Origin: Candidatus Eiseniibacteriota bacterium
GTDB lineage: Bacteria > Eisenbacteria > RBG-16-71-46 > JABDJR01
Assembly: GCA_963783375.1 (NCBI GenBank)
Contig: CAWANH010000029.1
Span: 128,001-192,000, forward strand
Direction: 5' to 3'
DNA: 64,000 nt
The notes under the pieces are model-generated. The model ran no database searches. It worked only from the letters and a program-made list of their open reading frames with translations, and was not told the DNA's origin. Every line of letters begins with the position of its first letter. Positions within the stretch are counted from its first letter, which is position 1. A program made the translations under genes and the position numbers. This document shows, in pieces, positions 32,370-44,154 of the stretch.

Positions 32370-33632
32370 TTGGCCGCCGACCTCCTCGTCACCGGCATCG
32401 GCGAGCTCTGCCGGATGGGTCCCGGTCCCGGCCCCCAGGCCGGCCCCGCCCAACGGGACGTGGGCGCGGTTTCCGACGCCGCGCTGGCCGTGGCCGGCGG
32501 GACGATCGTCGCCGCGGGGTCTCGGGACGACGTGCTTCGGGCCGCGGGAAGACCCGATCGCACCCTGGACGTCGGCGGGGCCGTGGTTCTCCCCGGCTGG
32601 GTGGACGCCCACACCCACCTGCTCTTCGCGGGCACGCGCGAGGACGAGTTCGCCATGCGGATCCAGGGCCGGACCTACCAGGAGATCGCCGCGGCGGGGG
32701 GGGGGATCCACGCCAGCGTCCGTCACTTCCGCGAAGCCACGGACGAGGCGATCCTCGACCGGGCCCGGAAGAACCTGGACCTGGCCCTGGCCCTCGGCAC
32801 CACCACCATGGAGGTGAAGAGCGGGTACGGCCTGGATGTCGAGCAGGAGCTCCGCGCCCTTCGCCTCATCCGCCGGCTGAAGGACGAGCACCCCGTGGAC
32901 GTCGTTTCCACCTTTCTCGGCGCTCACGAGATCCCCGCCGAGTGGAAACACGACCGGGCGGGGTACGTGAAGCTGGTGGCCGGGACCATGATCCCCCGGG
33001 TGGCCGGGGAGGGGCTGGCCGAGTTCTGCGACGTCTTCTGCGAGGAGGGGGTCTTCACCCCCGCGGAGAGCCGGGTGGTGCTCGAAGCGGCCCGGGCCCA
33101 CGGCATGAAGCTCAAGCTCCACGCCGATGAGTTCGGGGACACCGGCGGCTCCCGCCTGGCCGCGGAGCTCGGCGCGGTGAGCGCGGACCATCTCCACGGC
33201 ACGCCCCCCGAGGCGGCCCGGGCCCTGGCCGCGGCGGGGACGGTGGGGGTGCTCCTTCCCGGGACGTCCTTCTTCCTGAACCTGGCCGCGAAGGCTCCGG
33301 CCCGGCAAATGGTCGAGGGCGGGCTCCCCCTGGCGGTGGCCAGCGACTTCAACCCCGGGTCCTCCATGTCCCAGAGCATGCCGCTCATGGTCACCCTGGC
33401 CGCGGTGGCGCTCCGGCTCGACCCCGAGGAGGCGCTGGTGGCGGCCACGGTGAACGGCGCCGCCGCGCTGGCCCGGGGCGACCGCGTCGGCCGCCTCCGG
33501 CCCGGCTATCGGGCCGACTTCCAGGTGCTCGACGTCCCCTCCCACCGGATCCTTCCCTACCACTACGGGGTCTCCCACGTGCGCGCGGTCTTCCGGGAGG
33601 GGAGACAGGTGGCGGGGGTTCCCCTGGTCTGA
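32370..33632 (+). CDS. hutI: Imidazolonepropionase
   Basis: DAHTHL.FAG.R..EF, EVKSGYGL, DVFCE.G.F, SDFNPGSS. Confidence 0.96.
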   Translation: MAADLLVTGIGELCRMGPGPGPQAGPAQRDVGAVSDAALAVAGGTIVAAGSRDDVLRAAGRPDRTLDVGGAVVLPGWVDAHTHLLFAGTREDEFAMRIQGRTYQEIAAAGGGIHASVRHFREATDEAILDRARKNLDLALALGTTTMEVKSGYGLDVEQELRALRLIRRLKDEHPVDVVSTFLGAHEIPAEWKHDRAGYVKLVAGTMIPRVAGEGLAEFCDVFCEEGVFTPAESRVVLEAARAHGMKLKLHADEFGDTGGSRLAAELGAVSADHLHGTPPEAARALAAAGTVGVLLPGTSFFLNLAAKAPARQMVEGGLPLAVASDFNPGSSMSQSMPLMVTLAAVALRLDPEEALVAATVNGAAALARGDRVGRLRPGYRADFQVLDVPSHRILPYHYGVSHVRAVFREGRQVAGVPLV

Positions 33633-33738
33633 CCCCGGCCGGTCCGGTGGCTGACCCCAGCCGGCCGGCCTCCTCAGGTGCTCGCCAAATGCCCCCCCCG
33701 CACCGGATTCGGGCAGAAAAAAACTTGGTCCTCGGGGG

Positions 33739-33765
33739 TAACGTTCCGCCCCGGTCCGACGATAA
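33739..33765 (+). promoter_or_regulatory. sigma28-like promoter upstream of the SgmX-like TPR gene
   Basis: TAACG(TT)-N14-GACGATAA. Confidence 0.5.
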
Positions 33766-33874
33766 AGAATGAGGGCGAGCGCTCCTCCGCGAGGGTGGTG
33801 GTGTGCGCCCGCGAGCAGCGTCGATCTGTCCACCCGGCAATGGCCGCCGGAGATCGGGATAGGGGGCTTCCTCC

Positions 33875-35804
33875 TTGGATCAGAACGCCAGTATCAAGCG
33901 AAGGGTCCAGAGCCTGATCAAGAAGGGTTCCTACGCCGAGGCCGCCGCCACCTACGAACAGTTGGCGGAGGCCGGCGATATGGATCCCTACGATTATGTG
34001 GTTCTGGGGGATCTGCTTATCCGGACCGGGCGCCGGCGGGAAGCGGTGGGCCGGTACGTGGAGGCGCTCAACAGCTACGCCGAAGCCGGGTTGAATCGGA
34101 ACGCCATCGCCCTGGCCAAGAAGGTGCGGCGCCTGGCCGCGGACAAAACCGTGATCCAGCGGCGGCTCGGCGATCTGTACGCCGCCGAGAGCCTGGAGAG
34201 CGAAGCGGCCCTGCACTACCTGGAATTCCTGGAGAGAGTGGACATCGAGGCCGAAGATGCCCCCGAGGAAGTCGAGCACGTTTGCCACCGGCTCCTGGAC
34301 CTGGCCCTGCCCTCCTTCGACGTGGTGGAGCGGGTGGTGGAGGCGGGGAAGCGGGTGGACCGGGAATCCCGGCTCGCCGCGGGGGTTCTGGAACAGGCCC
34401 GGCGGGCCGCCGCCCTCGACGAACCCGAGGTGGAGAAGCGGCTCACGGCGCTGGCGCTCTCCCTGGACGCCGAGCTCGACACCACCGCTCCCCCGTCGCT
34501 TCCCGCGGCGCCCGGGCGGGAAGAGACCGAAGACGCCCCCGGACCGGAGTTCATGGACCCCGGTGCGGTCCATCTCACGCCTTCCTCCCCCGATCCGCAG
34601 CCGGAATCCCCGGCGGAGCCCGCGCAACCGGCCGGGCCGCCGGTGCTCTCCCTGGACGATTTCTCCTACGACGATCCTCATACCGTGCACCTCGAGGCCT
34701 CGCCCGGGTCGGGGAACGGCGCCGGGGCGGAGATCGAGGATTCCGAAGCCCCGTCGAACCTGGCTCCCGACCTGGAGCTGGAGTCCCCGCGGCAGGAGTA
34801 GCGAACCGATCACGGAACCCTCCCCTGGCGCTCCCGCCGCGATATCCCACGGCTTCGGCGGAGCCTCGGAGGACGAAGCGGAAGAGGAGGAGGATCCCGC
34901 CGCGCTGCGCGCACGCGCCCTGGAATTCCTGGAAAAGAACGACCCACTCCGGGCCCAGCGGGAGCTCATGCGGGCGGCCCGCGCCTACTTCCAGATCGGG
35001 CACAGCCACGACGCCGAGGAACTCTACCGGCGGGTGGTTCAGCTCGACCCCAACCATCTGGACGCCCTGCGCGGCCTGGTGGAGCTCGCCCACATCAACG
35101 GCGAGAGCGGGAAGATGGCCCACTGGGGATGCGAGCTCGGCGACGTGCTCCTGGCCCGCGAGATGTATCCCGAGGCCAAGTTCCAGTTCGAGCGGGTTCT
35201 CGCCTTCGACGCGGAGAACGTGAAGGCCCGATCCCGGGTGAACCGGCTGAACACCATCGCCGGGGTGGAGGGGTCGTCCTTCGGCGCCCTGGCCCCGGAC
35301 GCCAGCGAGGTGGCCGGCGCCCAGGTCACCGTCCGGAACGATCCCCAGAACGAGAGCCAGAGCGCCTTCGATCTGTCCCAGATCCTGGACGAGTTCCGCA
35401 GCAAGGTCGAGGAGCAGATCCCCCGGGACGACCATCAGGGCCACTACGACCTCGGCGTCTCCTACAAGGAGATGGGGCTTTTCGCCGAAGCGGCCCAGGC
35501 CTTCGAGACCGCGGCCGAGGGGGGAGACAACCCTTCCCGGTCGCTGGAGATGCTGGCGGAATGCTATCTTCTTCTGGATCGGCATTCCGAGGCGCGCGAA
35601 GTTCTCGAGCGCATTCTCCCCGAGGCCGAGGGCGAGACCGAAGCGCGCCACCGCCTCCAACTGGGCCGGGCTCTCGAAGGCATGGGTGAATGGGACAAGG
35701 CAGAAGACGCATACTTCCAGGCCCTCGAACTGAACGAGGACCTGGTGGAAGCCGTGGAGCTCCTGGAGAGCATGGAGCAGCGGCGTGAGCGGGGAGCCGC
35801 GTAG
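33875..35804 (+). CDS. TPR protein, SgmX/FimV-C-like architecture; apparent frameshift near 34785
   Basis: N-terminal TPRs (33875-34801), acidic Pro-rich linker, C-terminal TPRs with EF...VEEQI..DD..GHYDLGVSYKEMGL; the second frame has no start of its own. Confidence 0.7.
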
Positions 35805-36633
35805 CCCGGCTCCCGCCTCCTCCCGGGTCGATCTGCACTGCCACAGCTTCTACTCCGACGGTGAGCATGCCCCCGCCGACGTGGCGGCCATGGCCCGTCG
35901 GGCCGGCCTCTCCGCCCTCGCCCTCACCGATCACGACTGCCTGGAGGGCCTGGCCGAGTTCGTACGCGCCGCCGACGGATTCGAGCCCATCCCCGGGGTC
36001 GAGGTGAGCGCGCGGCGGAACCACACCGACGTCCACGTGGTGGGGCTCTTCGTCGATCCCGGGGACGAGCGGTTGCGCCGCCGCCTCCTGGATCTGGCCG
36101 AGACCCGGGCGGAGCGCACCCGGGCCATGGTGGCGCGGCTCCGGACCGCGGGCATCCGCATCTCCGAGGAGGAGGTCATGCGGTTCTCCACCCGCGGCAC
36201 CGTCGGCCGCCCGCACGTGGCCATGGCCCTGGTGGCTGTCCAGGCCGTGCAGTCGGTGGAGGACGCCTTCCGGAAGTACCTCCGGCCCGGCACCCCCGGA
36301 TACGTGCCCAAGCCGGGGCCGGCGCCCGAGGAGGCGGTGGCCTGGATCCACGAGGCGGGGGGCGTGGCGGTGCTGGCCCACCCCGGGCCCATGCACCACG
36401 ACGACTGGATCGCCCCCCTGGCCCGCGCCGGCCTCGACGGTCTCGAGGTCTGGCACCCCAAGCACAATTCCCGCCAGCAGGAGGTCTATCGGCGCCTGGC
36501 CGCCGATCTCGATCTGGTCCCCTCGGGAGGTTCCGATTATCATGGGGCGAGCGTGGGCGATGCCCTCATCGGTCAGGAACCGGTCCCCGCGGAGACGGTG
36601 GAGCGGTTGCGGCGGCGCCGCCGCCCCCGGTGA
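35785..36633 (+). CDS. PHP-domain metal-dependent phosphoesterase (TrpH/YciV family)
   Basis: DLHCHS..SDG, ALTDHD, GRPHVA, LAHP, GGSDYHG. Confidence 0.92.
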   Translation: MSGEPRSPAPASSRVDLHCHSFYSDGEHAPADVAAMARRAGLSALALTDHDCLEGLAEFVRAADGFEPIPGVEVSARRNHTDVHVVGLFVDPGDERLRRRLLDLAETRAERTRAMVARLRTAGIRISEEEVMRFSTRGTVGRPHVAMALVAVQAVQSVEDAFRKYLRPGTPGYVPKPGPAPEEAVAWIHEAGGVAVLAHPGPMHHDDWIAPLARAGLDGLEVWHPKHNSRQQEVYRRLAADLDLVPSGGSDYHGASVGDALIGQEPVPAETVERLRRRRRPR

Positions 36634-36705
36634 CCGGGTTGTCCCCCCGGCCCACGGCCCGATGGGTCGCGTTCCCGGAATGACGCCCGCAGTCGATTCA
36701 CCGCC

Positions 36706-39236
36706 ATGACCGAACTCGAACGGCTCACCCTGACGACCGCTTTTCTGGCCGCCGTGGTCGCGGCGGGGCTGGCCCTGTCCTGGGTCCCCCACGTGGAACT
36801 GGTCACCCTTACCGTGTTCGCCGCCGGCATCGCCCTGGGGAGCGCCCGCGGGGCGCTGGTGGGCGCGGTGGGGATGCCGCTGTACGTCTTCGCCCTGAGC
36901 GCGCTCCGGGGTTTCCCGCCCTCTCCGCTCCCCATCCTCGCCGTCCAGGCCGCCGCATTCGCCCTCCCCGGGGTGGCGGGCGGGGTGTGGCGCCGCGTCT
37001 GGCTCGTTCACCCCTCCCGGCGGCGCCTCGGCCACCTGCTGCTCCCCGCCCTGGGGTTTCTCCTGGCGCTCCTCACCCAGGCCGCCCTGAACGTGGCCTA
37101 CGCCTGGTTCCTGAGCCCGGGAGCCGCCTCACGCCTCGCGGTGTTCCTGTCCGGCATGGCCTTCGGGCTGGTGGACATGGCGGTGAACGCGGCGGTGTTC
37201 GCCGCGGCGGGGCCCCCCACCGCGGCCATCCTCCGGCGTACCGCGCGAAGCCGTGGGTGGTGGGGGAGGGCGACCGCCGCGGCCGCTCTGGCGGTTCTGG
37301 CCCTGGCCTGGGGCGCTCCGGTCCGCCTCGCCGAAGCCGCGCCGGCGGACTCCCGGGCCACTCCCGTCGATGCCTTCGCCGCCCCGGTCGACACCTCGAG
37401 CGCTCCCCTCGACACCCTGGCCGCCCCGGTCGATTCTCTCGGCGGCGTGAAAGGGGACGTGGCGCTCCCCGACACCCTGGGACTCCCCGGCCCCGAGGCG
37501 GTGGCCGAGAGCCTGGGCGTTTCCCGGACGGCGGGGGCGCCGCTCCGCCGCCTCCGCCTGCTTCCCGAGCCGGTGTGGCACGGCTTCTCCGCGCTCACCG
37601 TCTCGCCCTCCGGCGCGCCGACCCTCGAGGACGCCGACCTCTGGGACGGCGGGTCGCGGTCCTGGACCACTGCGCCCGCGGTTCCGCGGAGCCTGGACCG
37701 GTGGGGCCTGGGTTGGGGACGGGTGCGGTACAGCTACGACGGGCTTCCCCTGGCCGGACCGGTGCACGACGACGGCGAGCCGCCCGATCTGCCGTTGGCC
37801 TGGCGGGGGGCCTGGCGGGAGCGGTGGACGGCGGCGGGGACGGCGATCGATCTCTCGAGCCCCCGGCCGCTCGCCGTCGAGCCGGTGAGCCAGGTCTCCC
37901 TCACCTCGGGGAGCCTGGGGCGGCGGACCGCGGAGTTCGGGCTCTTTCGGAACCTGGGTCCGGTGAACTTCGGCGGCGATCTCCGGGACCGCCAGGAGCA
38001 GGGCTACACCCTTCTCACCCAGGGGGACCAGAGCCGGCTCTGGCTCCGGCTGGAGTCGGTCCCCGGCCGGCGACCGGACTGGACGCTGGACGTGGCCAGC
38101 GGGAAGGAGAAGGACCGGTACCTCTCCAGCGGAACCCTCATTCGCTCCTCGCGACGGATCCAGGGGAGTTTGAGCGGCCCCTTCGCGGGGGGGAGACCCG
38201 GCTCGCGCTCCAGCTCCGGCGCCGGGCCCTGGCCCTCTACTCGGGCCCCGGGGCCTTCGGCGAGGTCATATTCGACGGCTACACCTTCCAGGCGGACTGG
38301 GCGCCGCCGGGGATCGAGGGGCTCGACGCGCGACTTCGCTTCGACCGCGACCGGCGGCGAAACGTCCTGGCCGACGACCGCACCCTGGACGGGGGGAGCG
38401 CGGGGGTCTCCTGGGGGCGTGCCGGGACGCGCTGGAACCTGGGCGCCGAGGCCTCGGCCGGCGATCAGGAGCCCTACGGGTTCACCTGGAACGGGACCGC
38501 CGCCGCCGAACTCCACCACGAGAGCTGGGGGGGACGGGTCTCGGTGAGCCACGAGGAGGACTTGCCGCCCCTGGTGATCGGGGTGGACCGGCCGACCCCC
38601 GAGGCGGGGTTCGCGAGCTTCCTCGAACTGTACGAGAATGCCCCCGATCCGGAATCGCGGACCGCGATCCGGGTCGAGGGGGGGGTGAGGGGAGAGCGCG
38701 CCGGGGTGAAGCTCGGGGCGTGGGCGGGGCGGATCCGCCACTATCTCCTGGGCTCGAATCCGCTCTGGACCCCATTCACCGATTACACCCCGCTCGTCGT
38801 TCCTTCCACCTCCGCCGATGTCCTGGGGCTCTACGGCTCGGTGCGGCTGAGCGCGGGGCGGGGGATCTACGGCGAGGGCGCGGCGCGGGTGCAGAACCGG
38901 GAGGCGCGCGCGGTGCCCTACCTGCCGGCCTTCGACGCCGACGGGGCGATCCACTGGCGCCGCTACTGGTTCAAGCGCTCGCTCGACCTCGACGCCGCAG
39001 TGGGCGGCGTCCTGATCGGTCCGCGCACCAACCCCGAGGGAGAGCGCTATCCCACCACGGCCCTGGGCTACGCGAAGCTGGTGGGCCGGGTGGACAACGG
39101 GCTCCTCATCCTCATGTTCCAGAACCTGGGGGGCGCGTACATGGAGTCCGACTTCCGCTCCAGCGACACCGTGACCCCGCTTCCCATCGCCGGCCAGACC
39201 TTCGTGATCGGGCTCACCATGTTCCTGGCCCAGTAG
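36706..39236 (+). CDS. Apparent fusion of an ECF transporter S-component (CbrT-like) with an outer-membrane plug/beta-barrel protein; frameshift near 38190
   Basis: N-terminal multi-TM domain with VPHVELVTLTVF..G..LG...GALVG; internal signal-like segment; plug-like RVRYSYDGLPL; beta strands continue in the -1 frame after the G7 run at 38187-38193. Confidence 0.6.
37363..37446 (+). repeat. Four imperfect 21-bp (7-aa) repeats in a linker
   Basis: PVDAFAA PVDTSSA PLDTLAA PVDSLGG. Confidence 0.7.
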
Positions 39237-39265
39237 GGGATCGGGCCCCGGCAGTCTCGCTCGGG

Positions 39266-39274
39266 TGCTAGACT
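39266..39274 (+). promoter_or_regulatory. Extended -10 promoter for comEA
   Basis: TG-C-TAGACT about 50 bp upstream of the start. Confidence 0.4.
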
Positions 39275-39322
39275 GAACACCGCGGCCCGCCTCCCAGAGC
39301 CCCCGCCGGAAAGGGGGCTTCA

Positions 39323-39760
39323 TTGCGCCTCCTCGATCCCTTCACCCCCGCCGAGCGCCGCCTCGCGCTCCTCTGTTTCGTCCTGGCCGTGCTGGGATCC
39401 GTCGTTCACACCTCGCGCCGGCTCTCGCCGGAGGTGGAGGCATGGCTCGAGCGCGGGCCCGCGCCTCCGGGGGAGCCGCCCCCCCCGGCCGCGGCGGATT
39501 CCGTTCCGATCCCGCGGAAGTCCGTCCCGGCGCCCCCGCCGGCCGCGGCCGGCGCCGCCCCGGCCGGGAAGATCGACCCCAACACCGCCGGCCCGGAGCG
39601 CCTCACGGACCTCCCGGGAATCGGTCCCGCCCTCGCCGGGCGGATCGTGGTCGACCGGGAGCGACACGGCCCCTATCGCCGCGCCGAGGATCTCCTCCGG
39701 GTCCCCGGGATCGGTCCCGCCACCCTGCGGCGGATCCGCGCCGGGTTGAGCCTGCCATGA
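39323..39760 (+). CDS. comEA: ComEA-family HhH DNA-binding protein
   Basis: N-terminal TM; KIDPNTA...L..LPGIGP.LA.RIV..R..HGPY...EDLLRVPGIGP. Confidence 0.9.
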   Translation: MRLLDPFTPAERRLALLCFVLAVLGSVVHTSRRLSPEVEAWLERGPAPPGEPPPPAAADSVPIPRKSVPAPPPAAAGAAPAGKIDPNTAGPERLTDLPGIGPALAGRIVVDRERHGPYRRAEDLLRVPGIGPATLRRIRAGLSLP

Positions 39761-39853
39761 GGCAGTTGCCGCCGTGGACCGGAGCCCGGGACCTCCTGTG
39801 GGTCGGTAAACCCACCCCGGCCGGTTCCTGCAAGGCGGACGGTCTTTCTCCCT

Positions 39854-39879
39854 TCAAGTTCCGGCTTCTCCGCCGATAC
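39854..39879 (+). promoter_or_regulatory. sigma28-like promoter for pilB-pilT-pilC
   Basis: TCAAG-N13-GCCGATAC. Confidence 0.6.
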
Positions 39880-39990
39880 CTACCTTGCAAAAGGCACGAC
39901 CGGGGGGAGCAATCTGCGCAGACGCTTTCCCGACCGCACCCGGTCACTTCGGGGCAGACGGATTCTCATGTCCGTCTGCGGAGGCATCGC

Positions 39991-41674
<1,684 letters not shown>

Positions 41675-41682
<8 letters not shown>

Positions 41683-42907
41683 CCCCGGCTATCCGAACTC
41701 CGGAAACCGTCCCGGCGCCCAGCGCCCTGGCCCCCCCCCCTCGCCCGCGGGGGCGCCCGCCGGTCCCGGCGCCGTCCCCGGCGCTGGCCCGTCCGCTACC
41801 GGCGGTGGACCGTCCGCTCCCGGCAAGGGCGAGACCAACATGCACGACCTCCTGCGGGAGATGATCACGAGGAAGGCCTCGGACCTTCACCTGACCGCCG
41901 GGGTTACCCCCATGTTCCGGGTGGACGGCCAGCTCATGGGCAGCAGCTACAAGGTGCTGAAGCCGGAAGCGTGCGAGCGTCTGTCCTACTCGGTGCTGAC
42001 CGAGGAGCAGCGCAAGGGGTTCGAGATGAAGCGCGAGATGGACGTATCCTTCGGGATTCCCGGCCTCTCCCGCTTCCGCGCCAACCTCTTCCTCCAGCGC
42101 GGAGTGGTCAGCATGGCCATTCGCCAGATCCCTTACAACGTGCAGACGGTGGAGCAGCTCGGTCTCCAGAAGACCATCGTGGATTTCGCCCACAAACCCA
42201 AGGGCCTGGTCCTGGTCACCGGTCCCACCGGCAGCGGCAAGTCCACCACCCTGGCCGCCCTCATCAACCTGATCAACGAGGAGCGCCACGGCCATATCAT
42301 GACCATCGAGGACCCGATCGAGTTCGTGCACCAGCACAAGAGCTGCATCGTGAACCAGCGGGAAGTTCACGCCGACACCGACAGCTTCGCCAACGCGCTC
42401 AAGTACGTCCTCCGGCAGGATCCGGACGTCATCATGTTGGGAGAAATGCGGGACCTGGAGACCATCGCCGCCGCCCTCACCATCGCCGAGACCGGCCACC
42501 TGGTCTTCGCCACCCTCCATACCAACTCCACCTTCGAGGCGGTGAACCGCGTGGTGGACGTGTTCCCTCCCTCCCAGCAGAAGCAGGTGCTGTCCCAGCT
42601 CGCCTTCGTGCTGGAGGGGGTGGTGGCCCAGCAGCTCCTGCCCCGGGCCCGCGGGGCGGGGCGGGTGTTGATCCCGGAGATCCTGGTGTGCACCCCGGCG
42701 GTGAAAGCGGTGGTTCGCGAGGGGAAGACCCATCAGATCTACACCCTCATGCAGGCGGGGAGCAAGCACGGCATGCAGACCATGAATCAGGCCCTATTCT
42801 CGGCTTACGCCAACCGCCTCATCTCCTACGAGGAGGCGATCGGCCGTAGCTTCGATCCCCAGGAGTTCGCCCAGATGACCTCGAAGAGCGGGCTCAGAGC
42901 GGCCTAG
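41675..42907 (+). CDS. pilT: Type IV pilus retraction ATPase
   Basis: ASDLHL, GPTGSGKSTTLAA, TIEDPIEF, AETGHLVFATLHTN, GMQTM; Pro/Gly-rich N-terminal extension. Confidence 0.95.
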
Positions 42908-42930
42908 GCGGCCAAGGAGAGGAGTGAACC

Positions 42931-44154
42931 GTGCCCACCTACGTATGGAAAGGTAAGACGCTCTCGGGGGAGATCCAGAGCGGGGAGATGACCCTGGGGA
43001 ACCAGGAGGAAGTTCTCTCCCAGCTTCGCCGGAAGCGCATCATCGCCACCTTCGTTCGGGAGAAGCCCAAGCAGGTCTCCTTGAGCCTCCGGCTCAAGGG
43101 ATCGAGCGGGGTGAAGACCAAGGACCTGGCCATCTTCACCCGGCAGTTCGCGACCATGATCAACGCCGGGCTGCCCCTGGTGCAGTGCCTGGACATCCTC
43201 TCCCAGCAGGTGGACAACCCGGCCTTCAAGACCGTGATCGGGAGCGTGATGCACGACGTGGAGTCGGGATCCACCCTGGCCGAGGCCATGCGCCGGCACC
43301 CGAAGGTGTTCGACAAGCTGTTCACCAACATGGTGGAAGCCGGCGAGGCGGGCGGTGTCCTGGACGACATCCTTCTCCGTCTGGCCACCTACATCGAGAA
43401 GGCGGAAGCGCTCAAGCGGAAGATCAAGAGCGCCATGACCTACCCGATGGTGGTCCTGATCGTGGCCGTCGTGGCCACGTCGTTCATGCTGCTCTTCATC
43501 ATTCCCACCTTCGCCAAGATCTTCCTGGAGTTCGGGGGCGACCTGCCCCTGCCCACCAAGATCGTGCTCGGACTGTCGGGATTCCTCCGGGGCTACTGGT
43601 ACATCCTGGTCGGCGGGATCATCGGGGCGGTGGTGGCCTACCGGCGTTACGTGGCCACGGAGGGCGGACGAAGGACCGTGGATCGTCTGAAGCTCCGCCT
43701 GCCGATCCTGGGCGACGTGCTCCGCAAGGGCGCCATCGCCCGCTTCACCCGCACCCTCGGCACCCTGATCTCTTCGGGGGTGCCCATCCTCGACGGCCTG
43801 GAGATCACCGCCCAGACCTCGGGCAACAAGATCATCGAGGAGGCGATCATGTACACCCGGGGCTCCATCCGGGAAGGCGAGACCATCGCCGCGCCCCTGA
43901 AGGAGTCGAAGGTGTTCCCGCCCATGGTGGTGCAGATGATCGGGGTGGGCGAGGAAACCGGCGCCCTGGACGAGATGCTCAACAAGATCGCCACCTTCTA
44001 CGACGACGAGGTGAATACCGCGGTCGACACCCTGACCTCGGTCATCGAACCGGTCATGATCGTGGTCATGGGGCTCATCGTCGGCGGCATGGTCGTCGCC
44101 ATGTACCTGCCGATGTTCAAGCTCGTTTCGGTGGTGGCCGGTGGAGCGAACTAG
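42931..44154 (+). CDS. pilC: Type IV pilus platform protein (GspF family)
   Basis: FTRQFATMINAGLPL, GEAGG.LD, SAMTYP, GEETGALDEML, AMYLPMF. Confidence 0.96.
   Translation: MPTYVWKGKTLSGEIQSGEMTLGNQEEVLSQLRRKRIIATFVREKPKQVSLSLRLKGSSGVKTKDLAIFTRQFATMINAGLPLVQCLDILSQQVDNPAFKTVIGSVMHDVESGSTLAEAMRRHPKVFDKLFTNMVEAGEAGGVLDDILLRLATYIEKAEALKRKIKSAMTYPMVVLIVAVVATSFMLLFIIPTFAKIFLEFGGDLPLPTKIVLGLSGFLRGYWYILVGGIIGAVVAYRRYVATEGGRRTVDRLKLRLPILGDVLRKGAIARFTRTLGTLISSGVPILDGLEITAQTSGNKIIEEAIMYTRGSIREGETIAAPLKESKVFPPMVVQMIGVGEETGALDEMLNKIATFYDDEVNTAVDTLTSVIEPVMIVVMGLIVGGMVVAMYLPMFKLVSVVAGGAN

Noticed and set aside
30698-33632. Incomplete hut pathway (no hutH/hutG) as a novelty
   Set aside because: hut genes are commonly dispersed; this cannot be judged from one window
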